Part shown: positions 38,676 to 50,935 of the stretch, one piece after another
Numbering within the stretch: position 1 is the stretch's first letter
How the letters are laid out: every line of letters starts with the position of its first letter
Source: Octopus sinensis
Lineage: Eukaryota
Length of the DNA: 64,000 bases
Assembly: GCF_006345805.1 (NCBI RefSeq)
Contig: NC_042997.1
Coordinates: 78,368,001 to 78,432,000 of the forward strand
Direction of reading: 5' to 3'
Made by a program: the position numbers and the translations under genes
The notes under the pieces: generated by a model
The model's input: only the letters and a program-made list of their open reading frames with translations
Databases searched by the model: none
What the model was told of the DNA's origin: nothing

Positions 38676-39844
38676 CATCCACTTCCGTCAAACTGGGAAA
38701 AGTATTGAAATTGTTATACAAGTGGGCTTTTTCTAGCCGTGAGTAGAAAATAAATGATCGATCTAACACGTTTCTAATTTTGTGAGATCTTTATTAAAAA
38801 AAAAGAATATCTGTCTTTTAGCCAGGGCATGCAAATTAGATTGATCAATTTGTCTGAGTCTGAGTTTGTATACAATATAAATTGTTAAAGCTACTACTCT
38901 CTCTCTGGTCAAAACACGAGCATTATTCCTACGCTAAAAGTGTAACGGAGACCAGTCCGATTTATGCTATTTTTTTTTCTTTCTACAGAGACATTAAACC
39001 AATGGTGAAAACACTTTTTTCGCTGTCTTTACACGAGATTAAAAAATTATGTTTATTGAAAATGGCTATAGATTTTAAATTATTCCAATTCGTTCTGCAA
39101 TCTTAATTATGCATCGAAATATATTCTTATACTTTGATACATTCACGATAATGATACTACATAATAATATATGCATAAACGGATATTTACTACCAAGCTA
39201 CTCTGGTAAAATAATTATAAACAGTGATTTACATCCGATTAGATAGAATCACTTGAATTCATCAAATTTATTAGTATAATTAATTTCAGTGAACTCTAAA
39301 TATAGAATCCAAAAGTCGACATCGGCAAAAATTGAACTGAAAGCTGGAGGATACCAATGTAGACACTGCAAAATATGTTGCATGATACAGTTAAGTTTGT
39401 GCCAAGTTTATTATTCTTCCGTATGTTAAAATAGCTACATGGTACCATACAGGTATGTTTTGATATGAACATGGAAGAACATACATATGGCAAGATACGC
39501 TTCGTAAGAAATAGTCAAAGTGAAATATGTATGTGTTAACATAACTACATAGTAAAATAACAATAAGGTAAAAGATACATCTTAAGAAGCAGAAATATTG
39601 CGATATGGTAAAATATGTATTTCCTCTAGGTTGGAGTGTAGGTGGATTGAGCCAGAAGCTTGTGCGAAGATAATTTCCTGTCGTGGAAATAAGTGCATTG
39701 TTACATACATATACATAATTATATAATACATATAATATCATATATACATAATATATATATACATATATAAAAAATATATAATTTATATATACATATGGTA
39801 TAATATATACATAATTATAATAAAATCTCTGATTGTGAACATAC

Positions 39845-39895
<51 letters not shown>

Positions 39896-40013
39896 CAATT
39901 AAGGAACGGCCATAATAGGCCATTCACCCACTAGAAATAACAGCCAAAGCTTCTACCGCAAATAAAGATTAATTCCGTAAACAGGAGAAAATTAAAAAAA
40001 CATTTACCCTGTA

Positions 40014-40120
40014 ATTTCTTGTACGGTATACCGTTTCATCCGCTGTTTAATGGCAAACCAACCTGATTAAATTAAATCAAGCCAATCTTCCATAAGCCCT
40101 CGGATTCTTCAGCAAGAAAT
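40014..40120 (-). ncRNA. Type I hammerhead ribozyme, 490-bp family copy 1
   Basis: Reverse complement of the motif at 41520-41626. Confidence 0.88.
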
Positions 40121-40505
40121 AGCTCAAGTCGGAGCAGATATATACACGAGGCACACCCAATCTTGCCAAGTCAATATCTGACCTAAAATTTTCAAATCGT
40201 CGCACTCGCGCCAAATTTATCGGCAGCAAATAAATATCAGCCGTCGATTCCATTACGGAATTAACCAAAAAATTCATAATTAATCAATATAGGGTGGCAA
40301 GGAAAATTTTGTAGAATTTTATTGCCACCAGCGGCCCAGCGGGAAAAAAATTAAATAGTCATAGACCATTTTTAAGTTCAACATTAACAATTAAGGAACG
40401 GCCATAATAGGCCATTCACCCACTAGAAATAACAGCCAAAGCTTCTACCGCAAATAAAGATTAATTCCGTAAACAGGAGAAAATTAAAAAAACATTTACC
40501 CTGTA

Positions 40506-40612
40506 ATTTCTTGTACGGTATACCGTTTCATCCGCTGTTTAATGGCAAACCAACCTGATTAAATTAAATCAAGCCAATCTTCCATAAGCCCTCGGATTCT
40601 TCAGCAAGAAAT
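40506..40612 (-). ncRNA. Type I hammerhead ribozyme, 490-bp family copy 2
   Basis: Reverse complement of the motif at 41520-41626. Confidence 0.88.
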
Positions 40613-40995
40613 AGCTCAAGTCGGAGCAGATATATACACGAGGCACACCAATCTTGCCAAGTCATATCTGACCTAAAATTTTCAAATCGTCGCACTCGCG
40701 CCAAATTTATCGGCAGCAAATAAATATCAGCCGTCGATTCCATTACGGAATTAACCAAAAAATTCATAATTAATCAATATAGGGTGGCAAGGAAAATTTT
40801 GTAGAATTTTATTGCCACCAGCGGCCCAGCGGGAAAAAAATTAAATAGTCATAGACCATTTTTAAGTTCAACATTAACAATTAAGGAACGGCCATAATAG
40901 GCCATTCACCCACTAGAAATAACAGCCAAAGCTTCTACCGCAAATAAAGATTAATTCCGTAAACAGGAGAAAATTAAAAAAAACATTACCCTGTA

Positions 40996-41102
40996 ATTTC
41001 TTGTACGGTATACCGTTTCATCCGCTGTTTAATGGCAAACCAACCTGATTAAATTAAATCAAGCCAATCTTCCATAAGCCCTCGGATTCTTCAGCAAGAA
41101 AT
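40996..41102 (-). ncRNA. Type I hammerhead ribozyme, 490-bp family copy 3
   Basis: Reverse complement of the motif at 41520-41626. Confidence 0.88.
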
Positions 41103-41519
41103 AGCTCAAGTCGGAGCAGATATATACACGAGGCACACCCAATCTTGCCAAGTCAATATCTGACCTAAAATTTTCAAATCGTCGCACTCGCGCCAAATTT
41201 ATCGGCAGCAAATAAATATCAGCCGTCGATTCCATTACGGAATTAACCAAAAAATTCATAATTAATCAATATAGGGTGGCAAGGAAAATTTTGTAGAATT
41301 TTATTGCCGCTGGTGGCAATAAAATTCTACAAAATTTTCCTTGCCACCCTATATTGATTAATTATGAATTTTTTGGTTATTCCGTAATGGAATCGACGGC
41401 TGATATTTATTTGCTGCCGATAAATTTGGCGCGAGTGCGACGATTTGAAAATTTTAGGTCAGATATTGACTTGGCAAGATTGGGTGTGCCTCGTGTATAT
41501 ATCTGCTCCGACTTGAGCT

Positions 41520-41626
41520 ATTTCTTGCTGAAGAATCCGAGGGCTTATGGAAGATTGGCTTGATTTAATTTAATCAGGTTGGTTTGCCATTAAACAGCGG
41601 ATGAAACGGTATACCGTACAAGAAAT
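41520..41626 (+). ncRNA. Type I hammerhead ribozyme, 490-bp family inverted copy
   Basis: ATTTCTTG(41520-27)-CTGAAGA(41528-34)-ATCCG..58 nt..CGGAT-GAAA(41603-06)-CGGTATACCG-TA(41617-18)-CAAGAAAT. Canonical core, perfect 8-bp stem I, 5-bp stem II, GUA cleavage triplet. Confidence 0.9.
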
Positions 41627-41849
41627 TACAGGGTAAATGTTTTTTTAATTTTCTCCTGTTTACGGAATTAATCTTATTTGCGGTAGAAGCTTTGGCTGTT
41701 ATTCTAGTGGGTGAATGGCCTATTATGGCCGTTCCTTAATTGTTAATGTTGAACTTAAAAATGGTCTATGACTATTTAATTTTTTTCCCGCTGGGCCGCT
41801 GGTGGCAATAAAATTCTACAAAATTTTCCTTGCCACCCTATATTGATTA

Positions 41850-41920
<71 letters not shown>

Positions 41921-41934
41921 ATATATATATATAT

Positions 41935-42127
41935 CCGTAATAATGAAGGGTGAAATTAATTAATTTGGAAAAATTATCAATTACACCAAGTAGTCTTCGG
42001 CATGTAAAAGCCTCATTCGAGGAAAATTTAAGTAATACTAAGCAATAAGGGTTTAGCAACGAGTTGCCTTACCACTAAATTCGGTATGTGGTAAGGCAAC
42101 TCGTTGCTAAACCCTTATTGCTTAGTA
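41935..42127. mobile_element. Fold-back element of the 9044 family: 100-bp tail plus 40-bp inverted arms (42036-42075 / 42088-42127), in (TA)n
   Basis: Tail aataatgaagggtgaaattaattaattt..ttaagtaa and perfect arms. Confidence 0.85.
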
Positions 42128-42161
<34 letters not shown>

Positions 42162-42174
42162 CATATATATATAT

Positions 42175-42423
42175 TTTAAATTAAGGATAATCTCTTAATA
42201 AGGGATCTTAACAAGAAATTATCGGGTAGTTAGCGTGAAAACCTCATAAAAGAAAAGAATTCGAAAATAATTTTTCTTTTGAACAAATTAATTATATCTA
42301 TATTGTATAGAGGGCATTATTACACATAAATGCCTCACACTAAGAGGGACAAAATTTTGGTAGTAATGACTTTGTCCCTCTTAGTGTGAGGCATTTATGT
42401 GTAATAATGCCCTCTATACAATA
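42175..42423. mobile_element. Fold-back element of a different family: about 125-bp tail plus 53-bp perfect arms (42301-42353 / 42371-42423), in (TA)n
   Basis: tattgtatagagggcattattacac..gggacaaa and its reverse complement. Confidence 0.8.
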
Positions 42424-42440
42424 CATATATATATATATAT

Positions 42441-43294
42441 ATGTATGTGATGGGTAAATTATCGCTATTTTATATTTTTTATTTCGCGCATATACATTGT
42501 TCGTTTTGGATTTTGCCGACTATACAGTATAGTAGGGTCAGTTGGGTACTGCCTGTGAGAGAAGCAGCTCCATGATGCTATTCAGTCTGTCAGAAATTTG
42601 GAAACGACATGCTATACTACTTTGCATTCGCGCCGGAAGCTCCAGTACGAATAGATTGTAAACTCACAGAGCAACAGTTGACGTGCCGTTCCCCCAAAAC
42701 ATGTACCGAGAGTGCTAAAAATCAAGCATCCAGTCAACATCATAGTGTTTGGAGTGGTCACTAGTAATGGCGACGTTATACGTCCATTAATCTCCCCACA
42801 CAGCCTCAGACTCAACACGGAGGCCTACATCAAGTGCCTGGAAGAGGTAGTGCTGCCCTGGGTCAAGAGGGTGGCTGCTCGAAGACCCTATGACAGACAA
42901 CAGGACTCTGCATCATGTCACACAAGCGGGAGAACCCAGTCATGGCTGTCAGACAATTTTTGCGGCCACATCAGTCCTAACTCCCCAGACTGCAACCCCC
43001 TTGATTATCATTTGTGGGGCGCAGTTGCGCGAGAGACCAACGAAACCCTTTGTAATACCGAAGAGGAACTGAAGGCAAGGATTATGACAGTATTCAATAA
43101 CTTAAACAATGAGACCGCCCAGAAGATTTGCAGGAGATTCCGAAGTTATCTGGCGGTCGAGATTGAAGCCAATGGCAATTTTATTGAATCATTACTATTT
43201 CAAGATATTTTTTATGTAATTTTGGTAAATATATCTATTAAAATGAGATCTCAGTGTTATTTTCATTTTTGTGTAATATAATCATCGCACCCTG
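42441..43294 (+). mobile_element. Internally deleted maT/DD37D-like (Tc1/mariner) transposon
   Basis: ORF 42712-43281: KHPVNIIVFGVV, QQDSASCH, PNSPDCNPLDY, ANGNFIE. Right end catcgcaccctg|TA; left TIR decayed. Confidence 0.85.
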
Positions 43295-43384
43295 TATATA
43301 GATAGATAGGTGCATGTATATACATATATGTATATATAAAAATACATACATACACTGTTGGCGATCTGTGTCGTAAAAGATACT

Positions 43385-44050
43385 TAGTGGTATATATACT
43401 GCCTTTATGTTGTTAATGTTATTTCTACAGAAATTATATCCAGCGCAGATTGTTTGCCACAACGTTTCGTATTGAGTCGTCAGATGTAAACAAACAATGA
43501 GACCAAACATAAAAATGGATAATGAGTGCTTATGCCATATTTCGTGGAGTTTTGGCTCTTCACCAGCACCCATCTAACTCACGCTCGCCGCCGAACACAT
43601 TGCTTATATAGCCACCGCATATAGTGGTGTTAAGTTATTGGCTGTACCAGTTTACATATTAAATGCATTCCTCGAGCTGGTATGTAAACATTAGTGACTT
43701 ATAGCCACGTGGTATTTCGTTATGCACCCATAATTTCTATAAAGTATATTAAATACTTTTATGAATCAACACCACGTATTACTGCGTTAGCAGTGCTCTT
43801 TACATTATTTTGTTAAGGTTATTTCTACAGAAATTATAGCCAGCACTGATTTTTTTGCTACAACGTTTCGTATCGAGACGTCAGAGCTGGCTATAATTTC
43901 TATAGAAATAACCTTAACAAAATAATGTAAAAGGCACTGCTAACGCAGTAGGACATGGTGGTGACTTATAAAAACATTTGATATACTTTATAGTGTATTA
44001 TGGTTGCATAACGAAATACTGCGTGCCTACAGGTCATTAATCTGCCTTTA
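43385..44050. repeat. Composite of a 400-bp-period direct repeat (43411 / 43811) and an inverted arm (~43690-43845 / ~43885-44050); older pLTR-like fold-back
   Basis: tgttaa.gttatttctacagaaattata..acaacgtttcgtat.gag.cgtcag occurs twice. The inverted arms are diverged. Confidence 0.7.
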
Positions 44051-44760
44051 TGTTATGAGTTCTTCCCTGCCTCTCGTTAATTAGCCCCCTCCCTCAAAAT
44101 TTCAGGCTTTGTGCCTATATGAAAAAGGGCTACTATTATTTTCTGTTGGCAGAATCCTTGGAATCGCGTTGACAAAATGTGTGTCGGTATTTCTTCGGGT
44201 TCTTTACATTCTGAGTTCAATTTCCGCCGGAGTCATCTTTGCCTTTCATCATTTTTACGTCTATAAAATAAATACCATTCGAGTTACTGCGGTCGATGTA
44301 ATTGACTAAACCCTCCTCTCAAAATTGCTAGACTTGTGCCAAAATATGAAATAATTATTATAATTATTTTATACACAAGTAACACTGTGACACATTTCCT
44401 TCATCAAATGTTAAAACATTTATATATCTTAAGGCAGTATTTCTCTCTTCCTCGTCGCCAAGTAATCTTTAATGTAAACAAAGAAAATCTTTTTACATTC
44501 TTCTGGCCCACGAAGTAGCACGCTTTAACTTTTTTCTTCTTTTATACTCGCAGCCCCACCTATCTCTCGCTCTCCACTGAGATGCGGCCATGTTTGAAGC
44601 AGTTGTTTGTTTTACTATTTGTTGAGTTCTTCCTTTCCAACGTTTTCTTTATATTATATATTCTTACTATATCCACGATGAAGTGGCTTCTGCTTCCCTC
44701 TACAGTTCGCTATTCACTGCTCTGATATTCCTCTCACATCTTGTAACATTCAAGAATACA

Positions 44761-45405
44761 CAAGGTGTGTTCAGAAAGTACACGACTATTTTTTTCCTCG
44801 CAAAACTAATGTCGCGGGGACAAGATCCTTTGAGTGGGAGGTGACGCCACCCCTCGTGTGCATACGGGAAAATTTTTGCGCATGTAGGCTGCATCCACAA
44901 GCCGGAATGAAGAGCCGATTAAGAAGTATCAGCGAATAGCCATGAACGACCGTCGTGTAACAATCCAGGAAATTGATCACGAAATGAGAAGCACATGCTC
45001 AGAGCATTCCGTTTTAGCGGGGTATTTATGCAGGCGGAGGGTATCGGCGAAACACATCCCCATGGTGCTAGAGGAGCATCAGAAGCAAATCCACATGAAA
45101 ATCGCTCAAGACGTTGAAATGTACAAACCACGATCCAGATTTCATGAGGACCATTATTACTGGTGATGAGACATGGGTATATGGTTTCGGCTCGATGCAT
45201 TAAGTCATCTTGCGTGAAAGCAAAAATCCGACGAGTGCGCACTATACCACTGAGCTCCAGGCGTAACAGCCAAGATCTGACTGGCGTGAAAATGTTCACA
45301 CATTCGCATAAAGGGTAGTATCACCTCCCGCCCAAAGGATTTTGCCCACACGGCATTAGATTTGACAAGGAAAAGTAAAATCGGATACTTTTTTAATGCA
45401 CCTAG
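44761..45405 (+). mobile_element. Internally deleted mariner (DD34D-type) derivative with long imperfect inverted ends
   Basis: NDRRVTIQEI..RRVSAKHIP and DPDFMRTIITGDETWVYGF. cctttgagtgggaggtgac..(~44828) pairs with atcacctcccgcccaaagg (~45340). Confidence 0.75.
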
Positions 45406-46144
45406 AAGTGGTCTAGCTGCAAAATCATATCTCACATCAACTGTGAGTACTTTATACTGCCATCCACGTGCAACAAATAGCCTGTATTTTAGTAGGTACT
45501 TCATGTCACGTACCAACTTCTATTTTCCTAGGGCATCCTCAATTCGAAAATGAGGTCATTTTTGATACGAAAGGCATAGCCTTGCGTATAAAAATGGACG
45601 GGGAAATTGTTATTGTAATATGACTGGGGGAAACAAGCTCGTTCTCCAAATCCACTTCTACTTTCCTGTTATTACCATCATTCAGTTATCTGACACTTAT
45701 TTTTCTGATAGCCACTATTTTTGCATTACTTCTTCTCGCATTCACGTGGAAAACAGTTAAGTGCATCTTCAGATTGTTTCTTATCACAACGTTGCGGCTG
45801 AACGACATTTTTTAGTAAATTAAGATATTCAAATCTTAGTTATTTTGTCAAGTATTTCCTGCCAGATACGAATTGCATTCTATGAGAACATGCTTCAATA
45901 AAGAATAGCTTCTATTTTGATGACAATTAGTCGTATCTCTGCTCCACCCCAACCTGTTTATCACTTACCAAGAAAAAATTCACATTTCAATATATAGGAA
46001 ACAGAGAAAAATACATTCACTGGCATTGCGAAAAGCTTGCTGAGCTGTGAAAGACTCGGTGAATGCAATTCAAACAACATTAAATCACTGTATATCATAC
46101 TAAACGAATGTGTACATTCATTCATATACATACACGCACACATA

Positions 46145-46246
<102 letters not shown>

Positions 46247-46326
46247 CAGACAGACAGATATATATATATATATATATATATATTGACTGCTATTTCCAGT
46301 AAATATTGGTGCATTGTTGTACCAGT

Positions 46327-46362
<36 letters not shown>

Positions 46363-46365
<3 letters not shown>

Positions 46366-46633
46366 ATAATGAAGGGTGAAATTAATTAATTTGGAATAAT
46401 TATCAATTACACCAAGTAGTCTTCGGCATGTAAAAGCCTCATTCGAGGAAATTTAAGTAATACTAAGCAATAAAGGGTTTAGCAACGAATTGCCTTACCA
46501 CATACCGAATTTAGAAATAGCAGTCAAAGAGTTATAGCTATTTCTGTAGAAGAAATAGCTATAACTCTTTGACTGCTATTTCTAAATTCGGTATGTGGTA
46601 AGGCAATTCGTTGCTAAACCCTTTATTGCTTAG

Positions 46634-46635
<2 letters not shown>
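46363..46635. mobile_element. Fold-back element of the 9044 family: 98-bp tail plus 85-bp perfect arms (46461-46545 / 46551-46635), in (TA)n
   Basis: Same tail as 41935. The arms are reverse complements around a 5-nt loop. Confidence 0.88.
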
Positions 46636-46728
<93 letters not shown>

Positions 46729-46737
46729 TATATATAT

Positions 46738-46820
<83 letters not shown>

Positions 46821-46829
46821 GTATATATA

Positions 46830-47540
46830 TATGTGTTATTTTGCTTCAGTGTTATTATTTTTTACCTTAATCTTAATCTTATTTCGGCCAGAGTTCTTTC
46901 GTCACACTCCTGTGACCGCATCAGTGGTCCTTTGTTTTCTTCTTACTTATTTGTGTCTCTCCTTACTAACCGTCAGCCATTTTCTATTTCTATTGTATGA
47001 CTTCATTTGCGCATGCTTATATCTCTATGTGCGTTTATGTTTATTTAGTGTGTGTGAGTGGGGGGATGCCTGTAATATTTGTATCTTCTGTTGATATATG
47101 TTTATGTAATTTGTATTTTGCTTTTGTTGTTTTTGTTTATGTTTATTCTTATTTTGTTCATGTGTTTACATCCACTTATTATTATCATTACATATGCTTG
47201 TATGTATGTATGTATGTATGTATGTATGTATGTATGTATGTATGTATGTATGTATGTATGTATGTATAACAACAATACTAGTAATAACAATAATAAATCG
47301 AATCGAAAAAAAAATATATATATATAGTTATTTATTTCTATTAGTTTATTTATCTGTGTATTTATTATGTTTTCAGGATCCTCTATCATCATATGTTGTG
47401 GTGTGTGTTAGTGCTCCATTCTAGTTTTCTATTCAGGCTAGGTTTATTTTCTATTATGTGTGTAGCTTCTGTAATTTGTCTAATTGTTGCATCTGATCTA
47501 TGTGTGGATAATATTTTAATTTCTATGTTATTGATTGATA
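46830..47540 (-). mobile_element. Penelope-like element 3' end: GIY-YIG C-terminal remnant followed by a pLTR with a degenerate hammerhead (46930->46886)
   Basis: ILSTHRSDATIRQITEATHIIENKPSLNRKLEW resembles PLE endonuclease C-termini. Motif GGACCA-CTGATGC-G-GTCAC AGGAGT GTGAC-GAAA-GAAC-TC-TGGCC. Confidence 0.65.
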
Positions 47541-47902
47541 GATAGATAGATATATATTCAGTCATTATGCGGATATATAAACCTCTTACATGGATAGTTT
47601 TATCCAAGATGCACTGGTTTAACATATTATATTTTGAAGATATAATTCTTCAATCAATGTATTATGCAAATATCAAATATTATTAAATTAGAAAATGGAG
47701 AGATGTAATGATAAAATAATTATGATAAAATAATTATAATAAAATAATTTTGTATTTTCTAAGATTTTGAGTGAAGTAACTTGAGGACAAAAAGTACATT
47801 GCGGAATTTACATGTGAATCAATTGAGGTACTGCAACAGACACACACACACACATATATATATATATATTATATATATATATATATATTATATATATATA
47901 TA

Positions 47903-48507
47903 TAATAGAAATATTAAAATTACTAAGTCTCTCTAAAAGAGAACAACGGCAGCGTTCCCGGAAAATATTAGTTATCGCCATACTAATATGGCATTCTTAT
48001 AAAAATAAGAATAAAGCTGACCGCTTATTAGCTCCATGAGGCCATCGCCTTAAGTTAGCTATTTGATACACAAACTGTATCCATATAATAAGCGGTCAGC
48101 TTTATTCTTATTTTTATAAGAATGCCATATTAGTATGGCGATAACTAATATTTTCCGGGAACGCTGCCGTTGTTCTCTTTTAGAGAGACTTAGTAATTTT
48201 AATATTTCTATTATTGAAAACAAGTGGATGTATTCCACCGAAGCTAGGTAAATAAAACCTTTGAACAGAGATTGTCAGAAGCGACACCTACTGGTTTGGC
48301 TACGCTGCATTGAAAAGGGGCAATACCCCGAAACGCGTCTGTAGCTGCCGGCCAAGTAGTGTGGAGCGACTGACCTCCCTTGTTCAAAGGTTATATGGAT
48401 ACAGTTTGTGTATCAAATAGCTAACTTAAGGCGATGGCCTCATGGAGCTAATAAGCGGTCAGCTTTATTCTTATTTTTATAAGAATGCCATATTAGTATG
48501 GCGATAA

Positions 48508-48515
<8 letters not shown>
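47903..48515. repeat. 363-bp monomer with partial tandem copy (48088-48450, 48451-48515) fused head-to-head to an inverted arm (47903-48087), in (TA)n
   Basis: ataagcggtcagc at 48088 and 48451. The left arm is the reverse complement of the sequence spanning the unit junction. Confidence 0.88.
48257..48392 (+). ncRNA. Degenerate type I hammerhead inside a long hairpin
   Basis: GCTGCA(48304-09)-TTGAAAA-GGGG CAATA CCCC-GAAA(48330-33)-CGCG-TC-TGTAGC. The outer AACCTTTGAACA pairs with TGTTCAAAGGTT. The core differs from CTGANGA at two positions. Confidence 0.6.
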
Positions 48516-48554
<39 letters not shown>

Positions 48555-48648
48555 TGATGTCCTGTTCTTATTGTATATTTTTTGTATTTTGTCCTCTCGT
48601 GTGTTTACATATTTTTCACTCGTTGGTGATGTCCTGTACTTGATGTAT

Positions 48649-48688
<40 letters not shown>

Positions 48689-49287
48689 AATTGTAGCACC
48701 TTAGACCAGATTCTGAAGTAGGAACTGTTGTTTGCCGAAATGTATCTAGGATTCGGTGGTTTGTCTGATATTTCAAGGATGTATATAGCGAGGTACCATT
48801 TCAATGTTATAGCTCCTTTTCTGTTTTAATTTCTTTCGGAATAACAACAATAAAAAAAAAGTTGTCGCAATGTTTTGTTATATGAGCTCGGTTCTCATAG
48901 ATGGCGTATAGTTCTGAGACCAAACTTGAACTTGATACCGTCGTCATTTGGACAGTATTAATGGAATATTTTCAAATTGTACAAATAATGTAGTGGTTCA
49001 TGGCAACGTTGTGGAGAATGAGGTTTAAGTTTTTTTGTGGTGATTGCACTAGTGAAAGCCAGTCACACTGTGTGAGCGCGCGTGTAGATTCTTCTCCAAT
49101 GAAGCAACTTACCTCTTGAAGAGTTTAGTTGATGAGATGGATTATGCTACATGTTTTTTTTTATCTGGCGCTTGTGCCAACCAAGTAAGCGTTGGTTAAA
49201 TAAGTTAACAATTTACGTGTGTGTATGTATGTGAGTAGACATCTATCTATCTATATGTCTGTCTTTCTATCTATCTATCTGTTTGTC

Positions 49288-49335
<48 letters not shown>

Positions 49336-50059
49336 TGTTTCTGTTTCTGCCTCTCTCTCACACTTTTTTCTTTGTGTATATATGTGTGTATGTGTGTGTG
49401 CGTGTGTATACATGCATATCTATACATATATATACAAACAGAAGATTGAGGGAGAGTAAGGAGTGTTATTTGAGATACCTACATACATACAAACATACAT
49501 ACATACACATTTGTCTGTCTGTATGTATGTATGCATGCATGAATTTAGCTATTTTTGTGTTTTATCCTCCCTGGCAAAGTTATTAACATTGGATACACAT
49601 GGGAAGCTTCACTAGCTTCACAAACTTAATGGCATAATCAGGTGGTTCAAAGTTATCTGAAATATGTGAGGCCCTACTGTATGTTTTGGAACAGATAGGA
49701 AAGGCTCTGTGATCACCAAGTGATTCAATTCTTGCTAATGATACGATTAAAGACTCGTATATAGGAAGCTAAACATTCTTTCCTAATATTATTTCTGTAT
49801 CATTTTACATATGAAAGAAAGCATTACTTCCGTTTTCTGTAACAGCACACACCTACACGCACGCATACAAAAAAAAAGCGATTTTATATATTCTGGCAAC
49901 ATTACATGATAATATATGAATCCAATAGCTTTTATTTTCGTGATAAATGAGGAATTCCAAGAGCAAGAGACATGCATCCAAACTAAAGGATTCTTAGAAA
50001 CCGCGCACTACTGAGGATGGATTCTTATATTCTTTATGAGAATTGTAAGTTATAGTAAC

Positions 50060-50460
50060 CCTTTCTACCAAAGGCACAAGGCCTCAAATCTGGTGAGAGG
50101 GGACTAGTCGATTACATCGACCTCAGTGTTTCACTGCTATTTAATTTATCGGTCCCGAGAGGATGGAAGGTAAAGTCGACCTCGGCGGAATCCGAACTCA
50201 GAACGTAGCGGCAGACGAAATACCTATTTCTTTACTGCCCACAAGGGGCTACACACAGAGGGGACAAACAAGGACAAACAAACGGGTTAAGTCGATTATA
50301 TCGACCCCAGGGCGTAACTGGTGCTTATTTAATCGACCCCGAAAGGATGAAAGGCAAAGTTGATCTCGGCGAAATTTGAACTCAGAACGTAGTAACGGGC
50401 GAAAAGTATTTCGTCCAGCAAGTAAACGATTCTGCTATCCCCCCTCCCCCCAAATTTCAA
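50060..50460 (-). mobile_element. Dimeric SINE family B copy
   Basis: Two gtcgacctcggcgga..actcagaacgta modules joined by the same linker as at 58440-58822. Confidence 0.8.
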
Positions 50461-50849
50461 GCCTCCTGCCTTTAGTAGTAAGGATTACTATTATTATGAA
50501 AAGTTTTTCTTAGGTAATTTCATGTTAGTCTCTAGCGCTGCTCCGTATTCCTGAGGTTGTGCGATATTATATTCTTATTTTTGTAAGAATTGGGAGGGTA
50601 TAGATTCCTCCGGTTTGTGTACTTCTCCAGTTTGTTTTGTTATAGGATTTAATTTCTTGTTTCTTGTTATATTAGTATATGTTCTGTTGTATGTGTAATA
50701 CGAGTTGTGCTCTTTTATTGGGCCTTAATCTTGTATCGTGCATACTGCTTGAGCTGTATTGTTTTATTTAGTTAGGTGCTTGTATAGGGTGACTAGTGTG
50801 TGAAAATTGTTCTAGTTGTGTAATTCTGTTGAATCGTTAGCCATTCTAT

Positions 50850-50935
50850 TGACTTAATAGTATAGTGCGCAAGATGTAGGCTGTTCCTAGCATAGCTACC
50901 TTTTGGATAATGTGTACTGTTGCTGTGATGCTTAT
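50850..50935 (-). mobile_element. R4/Dong-like REL C-terminal fragment
   Basis: TVHIIQKVAMLGTAYILRTIL resembles LQKSALLGTARIL of the 30746-34345 element. Confidence 0.55.

Larger units (their letters stand above)
39891..41851. repeat. About 490-bp tandem array (3 copies, ribozyme sense on minus, 39891-41308) joined head-to-head to an inverted 1.1-unit copy (41309-41851); both ends run into (TA)n
   Basis: Unit starts at 39891, 40383 and 40873. The inversion junction ttttattgcc|gctggtggcaataaaa has GCC microhomology. Confidence 0.95.

Noticed and set aside
39891-41308. Tandem arrays as CRISPR-like or host-gene repeats
   Set aside because: The units are 360-860 bp with no unique spacers, and the context is eukaryotic.
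40077-41563. Four 66-69 aa ORFs (MNFLVNSVMES..)
   Set aside because: They are a by-product of the 490-bp repeat, one copy is frameshifted, and the stop lies inside the ribozyme. No domain is recognisable.
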